Source: Octopus sinensis (Eukaryota). From it: a stretch of 64,000 bases of DNA. Under the pieces are notes generated by a model. The model was not told the origin of the DNA, searched no databases, and was given only the letters and a program-made list of their open reading frames with translations. Shown piece by piece: positions 23,887 to 37,500 of this stretch. The stretch is taken from NCBI RefSeq assembly GCF_006345805.1, contig NC_043010.1:14880001-14944000 (forward strand), written 5' to 3'. Made by a program: the position numbers and the translations under genes. Positions within the stretch are counted from its first letter, which is position 1; each line of letters starts with the position of its first letter.

Positions 23887-24050
23887 TCTCTCACATACAC
23901 GTATTACGGGCTTTTAGATTCCGTCTACCAAATCCACTCACCCGGATTTGGTCGCGGTATAATAAATGGCTATAGTTTAAGACACTCACCCAAGGTGCCA
24001 CGTAGTGGGACTGATTCCAGAACAATGTAGCTGGGAAGCAGACTTCTTAC
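23345..24050 (-). mobile_element. SINE family A interrupted by a family B copy
   Basis: Family A tail and body at 23345-23570 continue at 23805-24050. Confidence 0.7.
23574..23804 (+). mobile_element. SINE family B monomer nested in family A
   Basis: Full head-to-GTAAAGAAATA copy; GGTTG is repeated on both sides (23565-23569 / 23805-23809). Confidence 0.85.
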
Positions 24051-24133
24051 GCAAGTTTTGGTGTTCGATCGGAATTTACAAAAAAAATATTTTGGCGTGT
24101 TTCATCGTATAGTGTTGTGTGGTAATAAATATG

Positions 24134-24471
24134 CAAATCGACCCCGGGACTTATTCTTTGTAAGCCTAGTACTTATTCTATCGGTCTCTTTTGCCGAACC
24201 GCTAAGTTACGGGGACGTAAACACACCAGCATCGGTTGTCAAACGATGTTGGGGAACAAACACAGATACACAAACACATACACACACATACATATACATA
24301 CATATATACGACGGTCTTCTTTCAGTTTCCGCCTACCAAATCCACTCACAAGGCTTTTGTCGGTCCGAGGCTATAATAGAAGACACTTGCCCAAGGTGCC
24401 ACATAGTGGGACTGAACTCTGGACCATGTGGTCGGTAAGCAAGCTACTTACCACACAGCCACTCCTACGCC
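24134..24471 (-). mobile_element. SINE family A
   Basis: Reverse complement of the consensus with an intact head (ACTCCTACGCC). Confidence 0.85.
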
Positions 24472-25198
24472 TATTTGTGGGATATATGACGGTGTTATAT
24501 GTTGTGGGTTGCCAAGGTGTGTAATATGAACTGATTAACAAACTTTAGATGCGGGAACGTCCGTGGTCAATGTATTTTGTTTTGTGTGTAATGTAGTTTT
24601 ATGCGGATATACGTCATCTTATGTAGTGTTTAGTGGTGATTTCTGGAGATATGTGGTTGTTGTGTGTTGTATGGTGCGTTGCGTAATGCTCTCTATTCAA
24701 TAAAGTTTAGTGGTAGTATGTTCGTGTAGCGTGGCTGGCTGTGGTATGTTGTTTTTTTTTCTGTTTCTTGTGTAGTGATGAGTGGTTTTCTGTGGTATTC
24801 TATGGTGTTGTGTGGTGCTATATCGTATTGCTTGTTTGTTGTTTGATGTACATTGAATAGTGTTGTGTGAGCTTGTGTAATGATGCGAAATACTTTGTGT
24901 TGCGTAGAATATTGCTTTGATGAAATAAGAGAAAGATCGCTCTTTGGGAGATTTTCTCTTGGCTTATGGAATATATATTATGTCGTCATCTGAATATCGT
25001 TTGTATTTTATCTTTTATTCTTTTATGTTTTACTTGTTTCAATTTATCTTTTATGTTTGCTTGTTTCACTTAGACTGCGGCCATGCTAGTGCAGCGCCTT
25101 GAAGTGTCTTAGTTGAACGGATCGCCTCAGTCTTCCGTGTTAAGATTTTGGTGTCTGTTTTGATGTATTATATAAGTCACCATTGTTCCGCTTCTTTA

Positions 25199-25414
25199 CA
25201 AGGGGGTGCTGAAAAATTCCTGGATTTAGGTAAAAGAAAACACAGGAGGATCAGTTAATTATGATTTTATTCATCATATTCCCTTCCCAGACTCACCCAC
25301 TTACTGCAGCGGTCCTTTAGTTTCTACAAGCCCTGTAAAAGAACTCGGCATGTTGGATCTCCAACAAGGCCTTTCGCGATACCCTTAAAGCCAAGAACTT
25401 TTTAGTACCCCTTG
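25199..25414. mobile_element. Tc1/mariner-derived MITE (~216 bp)
   Basis: TA-CAAGGGGGTGCTGAAAAATTCCTGG...CCAAGAACTTTTTAGTACCCCTTG-TA: imperfect TIRs with TA flanks. A related copy lies at about 57195-57585. Confidence 0.7.
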
Positions 25415-26136
25415 TAGCTTCAAGTAAATACTGATCGAGCAGACTTATGTTCAAAGGCATTCAAGCAGTCTTTTTAGGATATCTAGGATTAAATTACATA
25501 TTTTTAAAGATAGAGTATTATTTTAAATCGATTTGGGGGCCTGCTATATTTTGATATAGCGTGGTGTCTTGTGTTGTGGTTTGCTAAAGACAACTAAAGT
25601 TCATTTACCAGGAGAAATGTAGACTGTAACGTTTCGGGCCTTGGCGTTCGTCTGACGGTGCAAAATCAGAAGGCGCAAATAATGTTGTCATTTTAGTAGA
25701 AGATAAATAAATGAGGAAGGAAGGGCAGTTGAAAAAGGGAGCAGGGGGTGATGAGGGAGAAGTGAAAGGAATGATCAAGAAAGAGTGGTAGAATGATATA
25801 GGGATGAGGTTATGGTGATGTGATTGCAAGGTAGGCGATGAAGGTGGAAGGTAAGAAACTAGGAGAGAAAGAAAGAAGGCGGACGGTAAGAAATAAAAAA
25901 GAAAGAATATACTCAAATATATAGAAAGATAGAGAGAGAGAGAGAGAGAGAGGAAAAGGGAGAAAGAGAGAGAGAGAAAGAGAAAGGGAGAGGATGGGAA
26001 AGAGAAAGGGAGAGGATGGGAAAGAGAGAGAAATAGGGAGAGAGAGAAAGGAAGAGAGAGAAAGGGAGAGAGTGAGTGAGAATGAAAGAAAAGGCACCAG
26101 GGCTTTAAACAAAGGCATATAGAAATAAAATTATTA

Positions 26137-26551
26137 CCCGTTCAAATATGCTTCGAGCATATTCGAACCTACAAAAAAGCCATTCACTGTATTTTGTCAC
26201 GGAGAAAATTTTTCGCAGTAGACAAAATGTGTAAATACACCGAAATAAGCTACTAAGCATTTCAGATAGGTTATCTCTTCTTCAACCACACAAACTGGAC
26301 AGGGCATGCTGCGAACTGAACAGAGAGATAGTCAGCTTATGACGTTCTCGTTATCGTACAATGAATGGTAGTGATAATCGAGCTCTCATATCATTTTGCA
26401 CCACACCCTGTCCGCTTTCTGTCACTGAAGAGGAGATAACCACTTCGAAATGCTTGCACCATTTATCTACAGCGGAAAATGTTCCCAATAACAAGACACA
26501 GTGAATAGCTTCTTTACGGGATTGAATATACTTCAAGTATATTTGAACTGG
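26137..26551. mobile_element. Foldback (long imperfect palindrome) MITE
   Basis: Nested inverted matches: CCGTTCAAATATGCTTCGAGCATATTC / GAATATACTTCAAGTATATTTGAACTGG, GGTTATCTCTTCTTCA / TGAAGAGGAGATAACC and GGACAGGG / CCCTGTCC. Confidence 0.65.
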
Positions 26552-26560
26552 CAATCGGGT

Positions 26561-26892
26561 CCCCTTCAGTCACGACACTGACCATGGGATTGCACCTAGA
26601 AAGTTACCCTCCTAGTCACAAGTCTGTGCAAGGTGGTTTTATGGAAGACCAGCAGTCGCCCATGCATACCGGCCTCCCATCTACACGCCACCAGTGTTAT
26701 CCAAGGGAAAGGCAAAGGGGCCGATACAGCTTGGCACCAGTGACGTCGCAACTCATTTCTACAGCTGAGTTGACTGGAGCAACGTGAAATAAAGTGTCTT
26801 GCTCAAGAACACAACACGCAGCCCGGTCTGGGATTCGAGCTCACAGCCTCACGATCGTAAGCTCGACGCTCTAACCACTGAGCCAAGCGCCT
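26561..26892 (-). mobile_element. tRNA-derived SINE family G (CORE-like centre, RTE-like tail)
   Basis: Minus-strand head GGCGCTTGGCTCAGTGGTTAGAGCG, B box GCTCGAATCCC, central TTCTTGAGCAAGACACTT..CTCCAGTCAACTCAGCTGTA. A degenerate second copy lies at about 46310-46452. Confidence 0.75.
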
Positions 26893-27387
26893 TCAGTGGC
26901 AATAACCTTTTATTTATACACACCATTGCTGCCACACAGAAGCAAGTTTGAGCGTCTCTGTAAAACGGGGGTGGGGTGGGGTGGGGTGGGTTCAAGAGAA
27001 GAAGATAAATGGTAATGGTTGGAGTAGAAAGAAAAGAGCAACAATACCTAAAGCTGCAGTTATTCCAGGAGGTGGACATTTATAAACCAATGTATAATAG
27101 AAAAAGAGAAACTTCTTTCAGCTTAGTAGTATAGATTGTTATTAATTTTGAAACGACAGAAAAGAAAGGGAAAATGAAATATCTTCTCTTCTGCAGTAAA
27201 TAATATTATATAAAAACGTATACGTGCAAATGATACAAATACACACATTCGACTATCACTGAGATACACGTATCCTCATATACACACACATACATAGGTA
27301 CGTTCTTACGTACAGATATAAATGCACGCATGCATCCAATTATATGCGCACAAACACACACGCAAATATATAAGTATCGGTAAGTAT

Positions 27388-27404
27388 ATAATAATAATAA
27401 CAAC

Positions 27405-27450
<46 letters not shown>

Positions 27451-27472
27451 TAATAGTAAAATAATGATAATA

Positions 27473-27504
<32 letters not shown>

Positions 27505-27572
27505 AATAATAATAATAATAGTAAATAATAGTAATAATAATGATGATAATAATGATGATGATGATGATAATG

Positions 27573-27610
<38 letters not shown>
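27388..27610. repeat. (TAA)n/(TGA)n array
   Basis: Directly visible. Confidence 0.95.
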
Positions 27611-28394
27611 TTCATTTCATTTGAGTATTAACCTTAGAGTTTACCCTATAAAACTCATTCATCATACATATATATCTCTCTCTCTTTCTTTCTCTCCGTC
27701 TCTCTCTCTGTCTCTCTCTCTCTATCTATCAATATGCAAAAGTATACCTATTCATATATGCACAATATACACCCATACACGTGCGTGTACATACATACAC
27801 AGACAGACAGACATGCACGCACGCACGCACTCTCACATACATACGCTCACCCATACGCACGTGTACACACCGACAGTGGAATCATACTAACAAAATCGTA
27901 CATATACGCACCAGTATCCGAATAACTCTTAAGTGGAAGAAAACTTTAGGGTCAGTGCAATACATCAGGAAGGCAGAATCATAGAAATTTTGTGGTGAGC
28001 ATTCATTCCGTGACGTGCAAAGATCCTTAGTTTAAACACAAAACCCACTTACCCGGGTTTCTGCGTGTGTGGGTAGCACAGCATAGGACAAGAGGTGATC
28101 GGAGGAGTGGTCGGACGATGTTAGTTATCTGCTTTACTGGTTTCAAAAATTGCTAGGCTTTCTTTCAATACAACTGGAGATATATATTTCTCCGTTTATT
28201 TGTATGAGTTATTGCATTGTATTATTTATTACCGAAGAAGTCTTGCTATAATTCATCGCTTCTTCATTCAAAATTCATAACACTAAGAGAAAAATCGCTC
28301 TTTGGGAGATTTTCTCTTGGCTTATGTAATATATATTATGTCGTCATCTGAATATCGTTTGTATTTTATCTTTTATTCTTTTATGTTTTACTTG

Positions 28395-28955
28395 TTTCAA
28401 TTTATCTTTTATGCTTGCTTGTTTCACTTAGAGTGCGGCCATGCTAGAGCAGCGCCTTGAAGTGTTTTAGTTGAACGGATCGCCCCAGTACTTATTTGTT
28501 TAAACTATCGTACTTATTCTGCTGGTTTCATTTGCCGATCTATTTAGATTTAGTTACGGGGACATAGACACACCAACACTGGTTGCCAAGTGGTAGTCAC
28601 ACCCACACACACGCACACACACACACACACACACAGACACACACACACATACACACACAGACAGACACACACAAACGCATACACACACGCGCGCGCGCAC
28701 ACACACACACACAAACGCATACACACACACAACATATGTACACACACACAAACACATGTATTCGACGGGCTTGTTTCAGTTTCCATCTACCAAATCCAGT
28801 CACAAGGCTCTGATCGGTCCGAGGCTGTAGCAGAAGACCAGGGTGCCGTGCAGTAGGACGGAGCCCAGAACCATGTGGTTGGGAAACAAGCCTTCTTACC
28901 ACACAACCAAAATAATAAATCCTCCCCTGCAAACTTCTTACCACAGAGCCACTGC
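28395..28955 (-). mobile_element. SINE family A, diverged, with long internal (CA)n
   Basis: Tail, body and head motifs are recognisable. Confidence 0.7.
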
Positions 28956-29344
28956 CATACCACCATTACACAAAGAGGATGATAATCCAGTGTGTTCTTT
29001 CCTAATTTGAGGCGATATGATGTGGTTTGAGGGAAATTTGGCTACTACTTCTAAACAACTCGATTAAAAACGCACAATGGCCGTCCTTTTATTGTTGGCT
29101 CAAAACAAAACTTGACTGTTGTTTTTTTTTAGTCTTAGATCAGCCCTGACTGAAGAGACATTAAATGGAAGACATCGATAATTTGCCGTTACCTTTTCCT
29201 ATTAGGAGAGCCGGAGAACTGCATTGCACAGTCATAGATAACATTGGCCATGACAGAGTTCTTTGTGGAGAGGAGCAACTTCAAGCAAGACTCTTTGGGG
29301 ATTCTTGGAAGGTGCTGTTCCTATTACTTCTCAGGTAATGTGGT

Positions 29345-29790
29345 TTTATGAAACACTTGGTCACGTTTCTTGACAAGAAACCTATTGCATATAGTCACCT
29401 TCTATAAGCTGTCAGAGATAAAAGTCAAAGCAGGTGTATTTGTTGGATCATAGATGAAGAAGAAAATGGAAAGCTCGAAATCCTCCTAGATGCTCAGTAC
29501 GAAGCATGGTGCAGCTTGGAGCAAATTCGACACAGTAATTCGAAGATTTCCGAGTAACACCGACAGAAAAAATATGGAGCTAGTGAAGAACTACTCTAAA
29601 ATGGATAAAATGGTGAGTGAATGTGCATAACTTTACTGCTAATCTTTATAAATTTAGGAACACGGAAGCGTGTTCAGAGCAGCGGGGCGAGTGCTCCCAT
29701 CAGGATATACTGGAATTTGAATGCCGCCACCAAAGAGCATATCATGAAGACAAGATGAGAGACTATATCGTACGTGAAACCGATTTACAA
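29345..29790 (+). pseudogene. Degenerate DNA transposase C-terminus, Chapaev3/CMC-like
   Basis: Broken frames read KLSEIKVKAGVFVG ... ACSEQRGECSHQDILEFECRHQRAY..KMRDYI, similar to the recalled KLSDAKIKEGIFVG / SEEQGERFHQDI..ERRYQG motifs of this family. Confidence 0.6.
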
Positions 29791-29798
29791 ACATCTAA

Positions 29799-29990
29799 GG
29801 CAGTGAGTTGGCAGAATTGTTAGCACAATCGTCTGTTCTTATGTTCTGAGTTCAAATTCTGCCGAAGTCGACTTTGCCTTTCATCCCTTTCGGGGTCGAT
29901 AAGATAAGTATCAGTTGGATACTGAGATCGATATTATCGACTTACCCCCCTCCCCCCAAATTGCTGGCCTCGTTCCAAAATTTGAAAACA
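29799..29990 (+). mobile_element. SINE family B' (alternative tail)
   Basis: Same head and central domain as B, with a different 3' part (CCCCCAAATTGCTGGCCTCGTTCCAAAATTTGAAA). Confidence 0.75.
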
Positions 29991-30163
29991 ATATAGTCAC
30001 AAACATACACTTCTAAACTTTATACTTATTTTTGTGTAACGTAAGTACACAGACAAATATTTATGATTTTTTTTCTGACATTGTGTGAATGAAAAATTGT
30101 ATGTTCCTCAGTTTTTCCTCGGAAAAAAATAAGATTTAAAATATTATTCATGTCACAGAAGAA

Positions 30164-30743
30164 CTTTTATACTCTAGGCACAAGGTCCGAAATTTTGGAA
30201 GAAGGGGTCAGTCGATTAGATCGACCACAGAATTTCACTGGTACTTAATTTATCGACCTCGAAAGGATGAAAGGCAAAGTCGACCTCGGCGGATTTTGAA
30301 CTCAGAACGTAAAGATGGATGAAATACTTCTTTCTTTACTGCCCACAAGGGACTACACACAGAGGGGACAAACAAGGACAGACAAACGGATTAAGTCGAT
30401 TATATCGACCACAGTGCGTAACTGGTACTTATTTGATCGACCCCGAAATGATGAAAGGCAAAGTTGACCTCGGCGGAATTTGAACTCAGAACGTAACGGC
30501 AGACGAAATACCTATTTCTTTACTACCCACAAGGGGCTGAACACAGAGAGGACAAACAAGGACAGACAGATGGATTAAGTCGATTATATCGACCCCAGTG
30601 CGTAACTGGTGCTTAATTTATCGAACCCGAAAGGATGAAAGGCAAAGTCGACCTCGGCGGAATTTGAACTCAGAACGTAACGGCAGACGAAATACGGCTA
30701 CGCATTTCGCCCGGCGTGCTAACGTTTCTGCCAGCTCGCCGCC
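30164..30743 (-). mobile_element. SINE B array: head plus two B bodies plus one B'-type body
   Basis: GACGAAATAC(C)TATTTCTTTAC junctions near 30325 and 30510. The distal unit carries the B' tail (GGACCTTGTGCCTAGAG). Confidence 0.8.
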
Positions 30744-32133
30744 TTATGTCACAGAAGTAAAGTTCGAAAGAAATAATAGCCATTTTATATATTTTTCACC
30801 AGAATCAATTAGGGAATAGCACTTATTTCTCCAGAGTAAAAAGTGTGTTACGCAGTCTTATTATAAACTAGAAAGTATTATAGAATGAACTGGAATTAAA
30901 TCTTAACATTTGAGTTTTATTTCATTTAGTTCCATATTAGAAATAAATATTCTTTAATTCAGCGACTGTTGTTAAAACTGCCGCAGCTGTATAAATTGCA
31001 AACATATGGTTAACATATAAGAGTTTGGCTTTCAGCTAAAACAATTCCGTGTTTTAAACTTTAGCTTCATTCTTGCCAACTACTTGAAACCACAGACCAG
31101 CAGAAGTTGTTTGAAGGAATAGTATTGCATATCGTCAAAACATCACATTTATTTTGTTAAGAATTTCCAAGAAAGATGGAAACACATATATGATTGAAAT
31201 AACTTCGAAGCATTTATAAGAACCATAATAAATAGCGACTTTAACTCAAACCAAGTCACTTTCATGGAACCGCCATCCCCTGTTTATTTTCTCAAAGAAT
31301 TCTGAGAAAGACGGAAACAAACAGATTATTGAAATAGCTGTGTAACATTCATAAGAAATATCGAAATAAATAAATATTAAAACAATTTAGATGGAAAGTT
31401 ATTGGAATATGAAAGGGAAACGAAAACATTAAGTGAAATATATTTTAATTATTTATAAGAAAGCTCGAAATAAATAATGAAGTAATTTTATGAAAGGAAA
31501 AACGCAAAAATTATTGAAATAACTTTGGAACATCGAAAACGATAAAAAAGTGGAATGGGAGAAAAGCTTTGATTTCTCTCTTTAAATTGATAATTGCTCT
31601 AATCCAAAGATAAAATTATAATTGCTTTAAAATGCAAACAACGAAAGACGAAGTGGCGGGTAGAAGCGACAAAGAGATTATAGACGCAAACGAAGGAGAT
31701 AGAAAGAAATAGAAGGCGGGTACACAGCGAATGAATTGTACTGCATAATGTTGGGTGGTGTGGGGCTTTCAGAAGAAGATGGTGTTTTCCTATTAAAATA
31801 TATTAAAACTGGAATTTTAGAGATTTTACTATCATTTTTATATTGATCCAAATGGTTGTTTAAAGTTTTGAATACATTTATGGACATATTTGCATTAGAA
31901 TATCATTATAATAACGATTCATTATAACTAAATTGAAAGAGATGCATCTGTTGAATATTATCTTTGTTTAGCTGTTGCTTCGCATCTCCCCACCCATGTC
32001 ATGCTGACTGAGCGGGATTATGATAAAAAGTACTTCTAGAAATGACCATCCTATTTGCTTTTGTATATCTTGAACCGCGTTACCCAATGTGTTCTTCGTT
32101 TGATACGATGTAGAAAATTTTGCTGCTATTTCT

Positions 32134-32548
32134 TATTTCTTTACTGCCCACAGGGAGCTACACATAGAGGGGACAAACAAGGACAGACAAAGGGATTAAA
32201 TCGATTACATCCACCCCATTGCGTAACTGGTACTTATTTAACCGACTCCGAAAGGATGAAAGGCAAAGTCAACCTCGGCAGAATTTGAACTCAGAACATG
32301 GCGGCAGACGAAATACCTATTTCTTTACTACCCACAAGGGGATAAATACAGAGAGTACAAACAAGCAGAGAGAAACGGATTAAGTCGATTATATCGACCC
32401 CAGTGCGTAACTGGTACTTATTTAATCGACCCCGAAAGGATTAAAGTCAAAGTCGACCTCGGCGGAATTTGAACTCAGAACGTAGCGGCAGACGAAATAC
32501 GGCTACGCATTTCGCCCGGCGTGCTAACTTTTCTGCCTGCTCGCCGCC
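32134..32548 (-). mobile_element. SINE B, head plus two bodies
   Basis: Junction GACGAAATACCTATTTCTTTAC near 32310-32330. Confidence 0.85.
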
Positions 32549-32584
32549 TTGAAAAAGTTAAAATATTAACATTGGCTACAAAGT

Positions 32585-33645
32585 CCAGGGTTGTAGTTAG
32601 TCGATTATATTGTATCCACAGTACTTGACTAGTACTTATTTCATTTATCTCGGAAGAATGAAAGGCAAACTCAACCTCAAGGGAATTTAAACTGAGAACA
32701 CAAAGAGCTGGAAAGAATGCCACTAAAGACTTATGTCCGGTGCACAAAAGAGCCATTTAGATCGACGCCTTATAAAACGTAAATATAGGCTTCTAACTTT
32801 AGCACAAGGCCAGAAATTTTGGGGGAGGGGTAAGTCGATTACATCGGTCTCAGTAATCGACTGGTATTTATTTTATCTACCCCGAAAGGATGAAAGACAA
32901 AGTCGAACTCGGTGGAAGTTGAACTCAGAACGTAAAGTCGGGCGAAATGTCACAATGCATTCTGGCTGGCGTGCTAACGATTCTGCCAGCTCGCCGTCTT
33001 CAAAGATAACTCTGTATACATCTCAGAAACACAGAAGTGCATATGATAATGCAAAGAATTGTTGGTAACATGATAACACTAATCAAATAATTGAAACCGA
33101 TTTCAACTCATAACTTAAAGAGCCGGAAGATATGACGCTAAAGATTTTTATCCGGCCCACAAACGAGTCAGCCAGCTCGACACCATATGAAACCTAAATA
33201 TTAGTTTCAAATTTTGGCACAATGCCAGTAATTTCGAGGAAAGGGATAAGTCGATTACATCGACTTTCAGTGCTCAAATGGTGCTTATTTTATCGACCCC
33301 GAAAGGATGAAAAGCAAAGTCGGTCTCAGCAGCATTTGATCTCCGAGTATAAAGTCTAAAGAAATGCTTCTAAGCATTTTGTCCGAAAGTGGTAAAGATT
33401 CTTCCAGCTCGCCGCTTTATAAAAGCTAAATATTGCTTTCAAATTTTGGCACAATGCCAGCAGTTTCCAACGAGGGCCAAAGTCGATTAAACCGACCCCA
33501 GTTTTCAACTGGTGCTTATTTTAGCGAACCCGAAAAGATGACAGACAAAGCCCGACATCAACATTTTTTGAATTCAGAAAGTAAAGGACAAAGGGCCGCT
33601 AAATATTTTGTCTGACATGGAAACGATTCTGCCCTATCACTGCCT
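32585..33645 (-). mobile_element. Cluster of four diverged B' SINE copies in the same orientation
   Basis: Repeated GTCGATTA(C/T)ATCGAC..GAAAGGATGAAA..CTCAGAA..GCCAGCTCGCC blocks at about 32585-32720, 32790-32998, 33205-33418 and 33432-33645. Confidence 0.65.
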
Positions 33646-34003
33646 TATAAAATCTTAATATTAATGGGTAACATCATTTACAAGAATGTGAGGTGTTAAA
33701 TTACTAAATAAATAAATAATTAAATAAGAAAATGTGTCTGTGAGCGGAATTTAATAAATATGGTCATCACCTGTGTTTTATAGCAGAAAGAGGTGGAATA
33801 AATTTTGAAATGGCAGCTGTTTGTATGGGTGAGCACGCGGACATGTCTACATGATGACTGGTGCATGTGTTTATAAAACACAAATTTGTAAATGGAACTC
33901 TGCATATTTTATATGTGCGTATGAGTCTGTGTATATGATAGATAAGTGCACACACACACATACACACACACACACCACACACACACACGCGCACAGGAAC
34001 TCC

Positions 34004-34004
<1 letters not shown>

Positions 34005-34050
<46 letters not shown>

Positions 34051-34063
34051 GTCTGTCTATCTA

Positions 34064-34114
<51 letters not shown>

Positions 34115-34117
34115 CTT

Positions 34118-34150
<33 letters not shown>

Positions 34151-34266
34151 AATCTATCTATCGTTTTTTTTTTGCCCCACCCATCCCACCTCGAAAAGAA
34201 AAAATTCTACATTGTATTTCGTCCATTTTTATTCCGTGTTTAGCCCTGTGTGGCTACAATAAAAAG

Positions 34267-34354
<88 letters not shown>

Positions 34355-34379
34355 GTCTGTCTATCTATCTATATATCTA

Positions 34380-34411
<32 letters not shown>

Positions 34412-34415
34412 TCTA
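34005..34415. repeat. (TCTA)n/(TCTG)n arrays
   Basis: Directly visible. Confidence 0.95.
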
Positions 34416-34715
34416 TTATATGTATATATGTATTTATGTATACCATATATATATCTACGTACGACGTATGTACGTATTCGAGTATATTGCGTACAAATGT
34501 GTGTGATTCTGTGCGTGTTCGTGTGTGTGTGTGATTATAAGGAAGGACAGATGGCGCTCAGGTTCTGTTCTGACAATGAACATATAAATGAACAATTGTC
34601 TATAAAAATCAAAAGAGCAAAAGCACAAAAACAAGAATGCCAGTCAAAAAAAAACCCCAAAAAAACTCAAAGTAAACAGACAATGTGAACAATATTACAT
34701 GAAAAATCACTATAT

Positions 34716-34750
<35 letters not shown>

Positions 34751-35269
34751 GAATGTATATATGTATAAGCATATGCTATCCTCATATGTTTTTATGTGCA
34801 TGCATATGGAAGTTTGTATGTATACATGTATACCATAATATAGAAAAAAGGTAATTGATAAACACGCAGGACAGAAAGAGATATAGACGTGTAAATAGAA
34901 ATATAAATAACACTGATGAATATATGGATAAACATACAGTGGAGAGGTGGGGAGATATATATATATATATAGAGAGAGAGAGAGGTATAAAACAAGATAT
35001 ATGGATTTGATAAAAGCACCAATAGAAAAACAAACAAATAGAGCAAAGAGTTAGACAGTAAGAGAGAGAGAGAGAGAGTGAGCCAGAATAAGAGACAGCA
35101 CTGAAGTGACTATACTCTCCGGCTTCCATGTTATGACATATGTTTAAATCTTTTCTCACCAAAGTATCCTTCCCATTTAATTACAATAGTTGCTCTCCTA
35201 TATCTAGATTGTGTATGTATATAAATACACATTGATTCCTATAACAATCTACGCATGAACACATTTCAT

Positions 35270-35272
35270 ATA

Positions 35273-35319
<47 letters not shown>

Positions 35320-35341
35320 TATACATACATACATTCATACA

Positions 35342-35397
<56 letters not shown>

Positions 35398-35455
35398 ATA
35401 TGTATATATGTATATATATATATATATATATATACATATGTATATATATATATAT

Positions 35456-35514
<59 letters not shown>

Positions 35515-35556
35515 CATATGTATATATATACATATGTATATATATATATACATATG

Positions 35557-35604
<48 letters not shown>

Positions 35605-35912
35605 TGTATATATAAATACACGTGTGTATGTATATGGTTTTGTTGCCTGAGGATCGGCAGCGTGAAACTAGTAGTTATAAGTTCCAAAGTTCTGAAGTTT
35701 TAGCTTCTCAAAAGGTACCGGCACAAAACAGCACAAAAAAAAAAACTAGTGGAAACAAAAAAAGACAACAAAAACTAAAAGAAAAAATCTTGTAATGACT
35801 GTTTATTTCGTAATTGAGTAATTGAGTACACTTCCCTGATTCATGAATGTAAATATGTTTGTGAGTGTACAACACTTCCTACCATTACGCACACATACAC
35901 ATATACACACAC

Positions 35913-35955
<43 letters not shown>

Positions 35956-36767
35956 ATTTGTTTAAGTATCACATTATCTATTCTATATAAATTGTACATG
36001 GATACGTATAAGCAGTTTGATATGTTTTATGTATGTATCTATATATACATATATATATCTATTTATATACATTCATATATTATATATGATATATATAATT
36101 GATTGATTGATTGATTCTAGTTTCAGCTCACGAGCTGTGGCCATGCTGGGGCACCGCCATTTAAAACGAAACCTGTGCATATGCCGGGAATCGAACCCGG
36201 GAGCCCGCGTGGCAGGCGAGCATTCTACCACTGATATATTTATATATAATAATATATGTATATATGTATATATATATATATATATATATTATAATATATA
36301 TATATATATATAATATATAATATATATATATAATGTATGTATGTATATATATGTACATGTGCACCCATATGAATGTGTGTGTATATATACATGTACTTCC
36401 CCTCCTACACACACATATATTTTTTTTTACTTCCAAGAGTTACGACCGATCTGAAGCAGCAGCAACTGAGAGCCAACGAGAACACATTCGCCATTTGCCT
36501 TACTTCGATAGGAAGATCCGCTTCGATGTGATGCGATGCTATATAAAGAACTTGTATATTTACAAATGAGAGAGCGATACACTTGGTGCATGTGGTACAG
36601 CGTTCGAAACTCCGGGTTACACTGGGTTTCCTGTTTCCGTTTCTTTCAGCGAATATACATGTTTCTATATATACATGTATATGTATATATATATATATAT
36701 ATAATATATATATATGTATATGTATATATATATATATTATATATATATATATATTATATATATATAT

Positions 36768-36853
<86 letters not shown>

Positions 36854-37163
36854 TATATATATATATAATATATATATATGTATATATATATACATATATG
36901 TACATACTTAGATATATATGTATATATGTACGCATACACATAGGCAAATCACATATATCTATAGCATGCGTGTTTATAATTTTACTACATTCCTGAGACT
37001 GGATTCTTTGATACGACACCGAGTAGGTAGCAATGTTGTAAAAGAAATTTAAGAGAAAATAAATATATATGTTTGCTTGTGTGTATATTTGCGCAAGTAC
37101 ACCGGAAAGAATGTGTATATGAATGAATCTATACAATATAATATATGTTCACATGAGCATTAC

Positions 37164-37232
<69 letters not shown>

Positions 37233-37438
37233 CTATATATATACACATATATACATATATATATGCATATATATATACACACATATGTATATACATGCAT
37301 GCATACATACACACACATATGTATATGTATGTTTCTTTGTATTTATGTATGCATATATAGATAAGCATACATATAAGTATGAGTATATATATGTACTTAC
37401 ACGCATATATATATATATATATGCATATATTATATATG

Positions 37439-37493
<55 letters not shown>

Positions 37494-37500
37494 GTACATC
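35270..37500. repeat. Region of multiple long degenerate (TA)n/(TATG) arrays
   Basis: Directly visible; the tracts are separated by short unique segments. Confidence 0.9.
36176..36234 (-). tRNA. tRNA-Gly(GCC) pseudogene, 5'-truncated
   Basis: Minus strand reads TCAGTGGTAGAATGCTCGCCT-GCC-ACGCGGGCTCCCGGGTTCGATTCCCGGCATATGCA, with the anticodon at 36211-36213. The first ~12 nt (5' acceptor strand) are replaced by TA repeat, and the variable loop is one nt short. Confidence 0.75.

Noticed and set aside
36530-36655. TATATAAAG box and a polypyrimidine-CAG acceptor-like site
   Set aside because: Isolated short motifs are expected by chance in AT-rich DNA, and no supporting exon was found.
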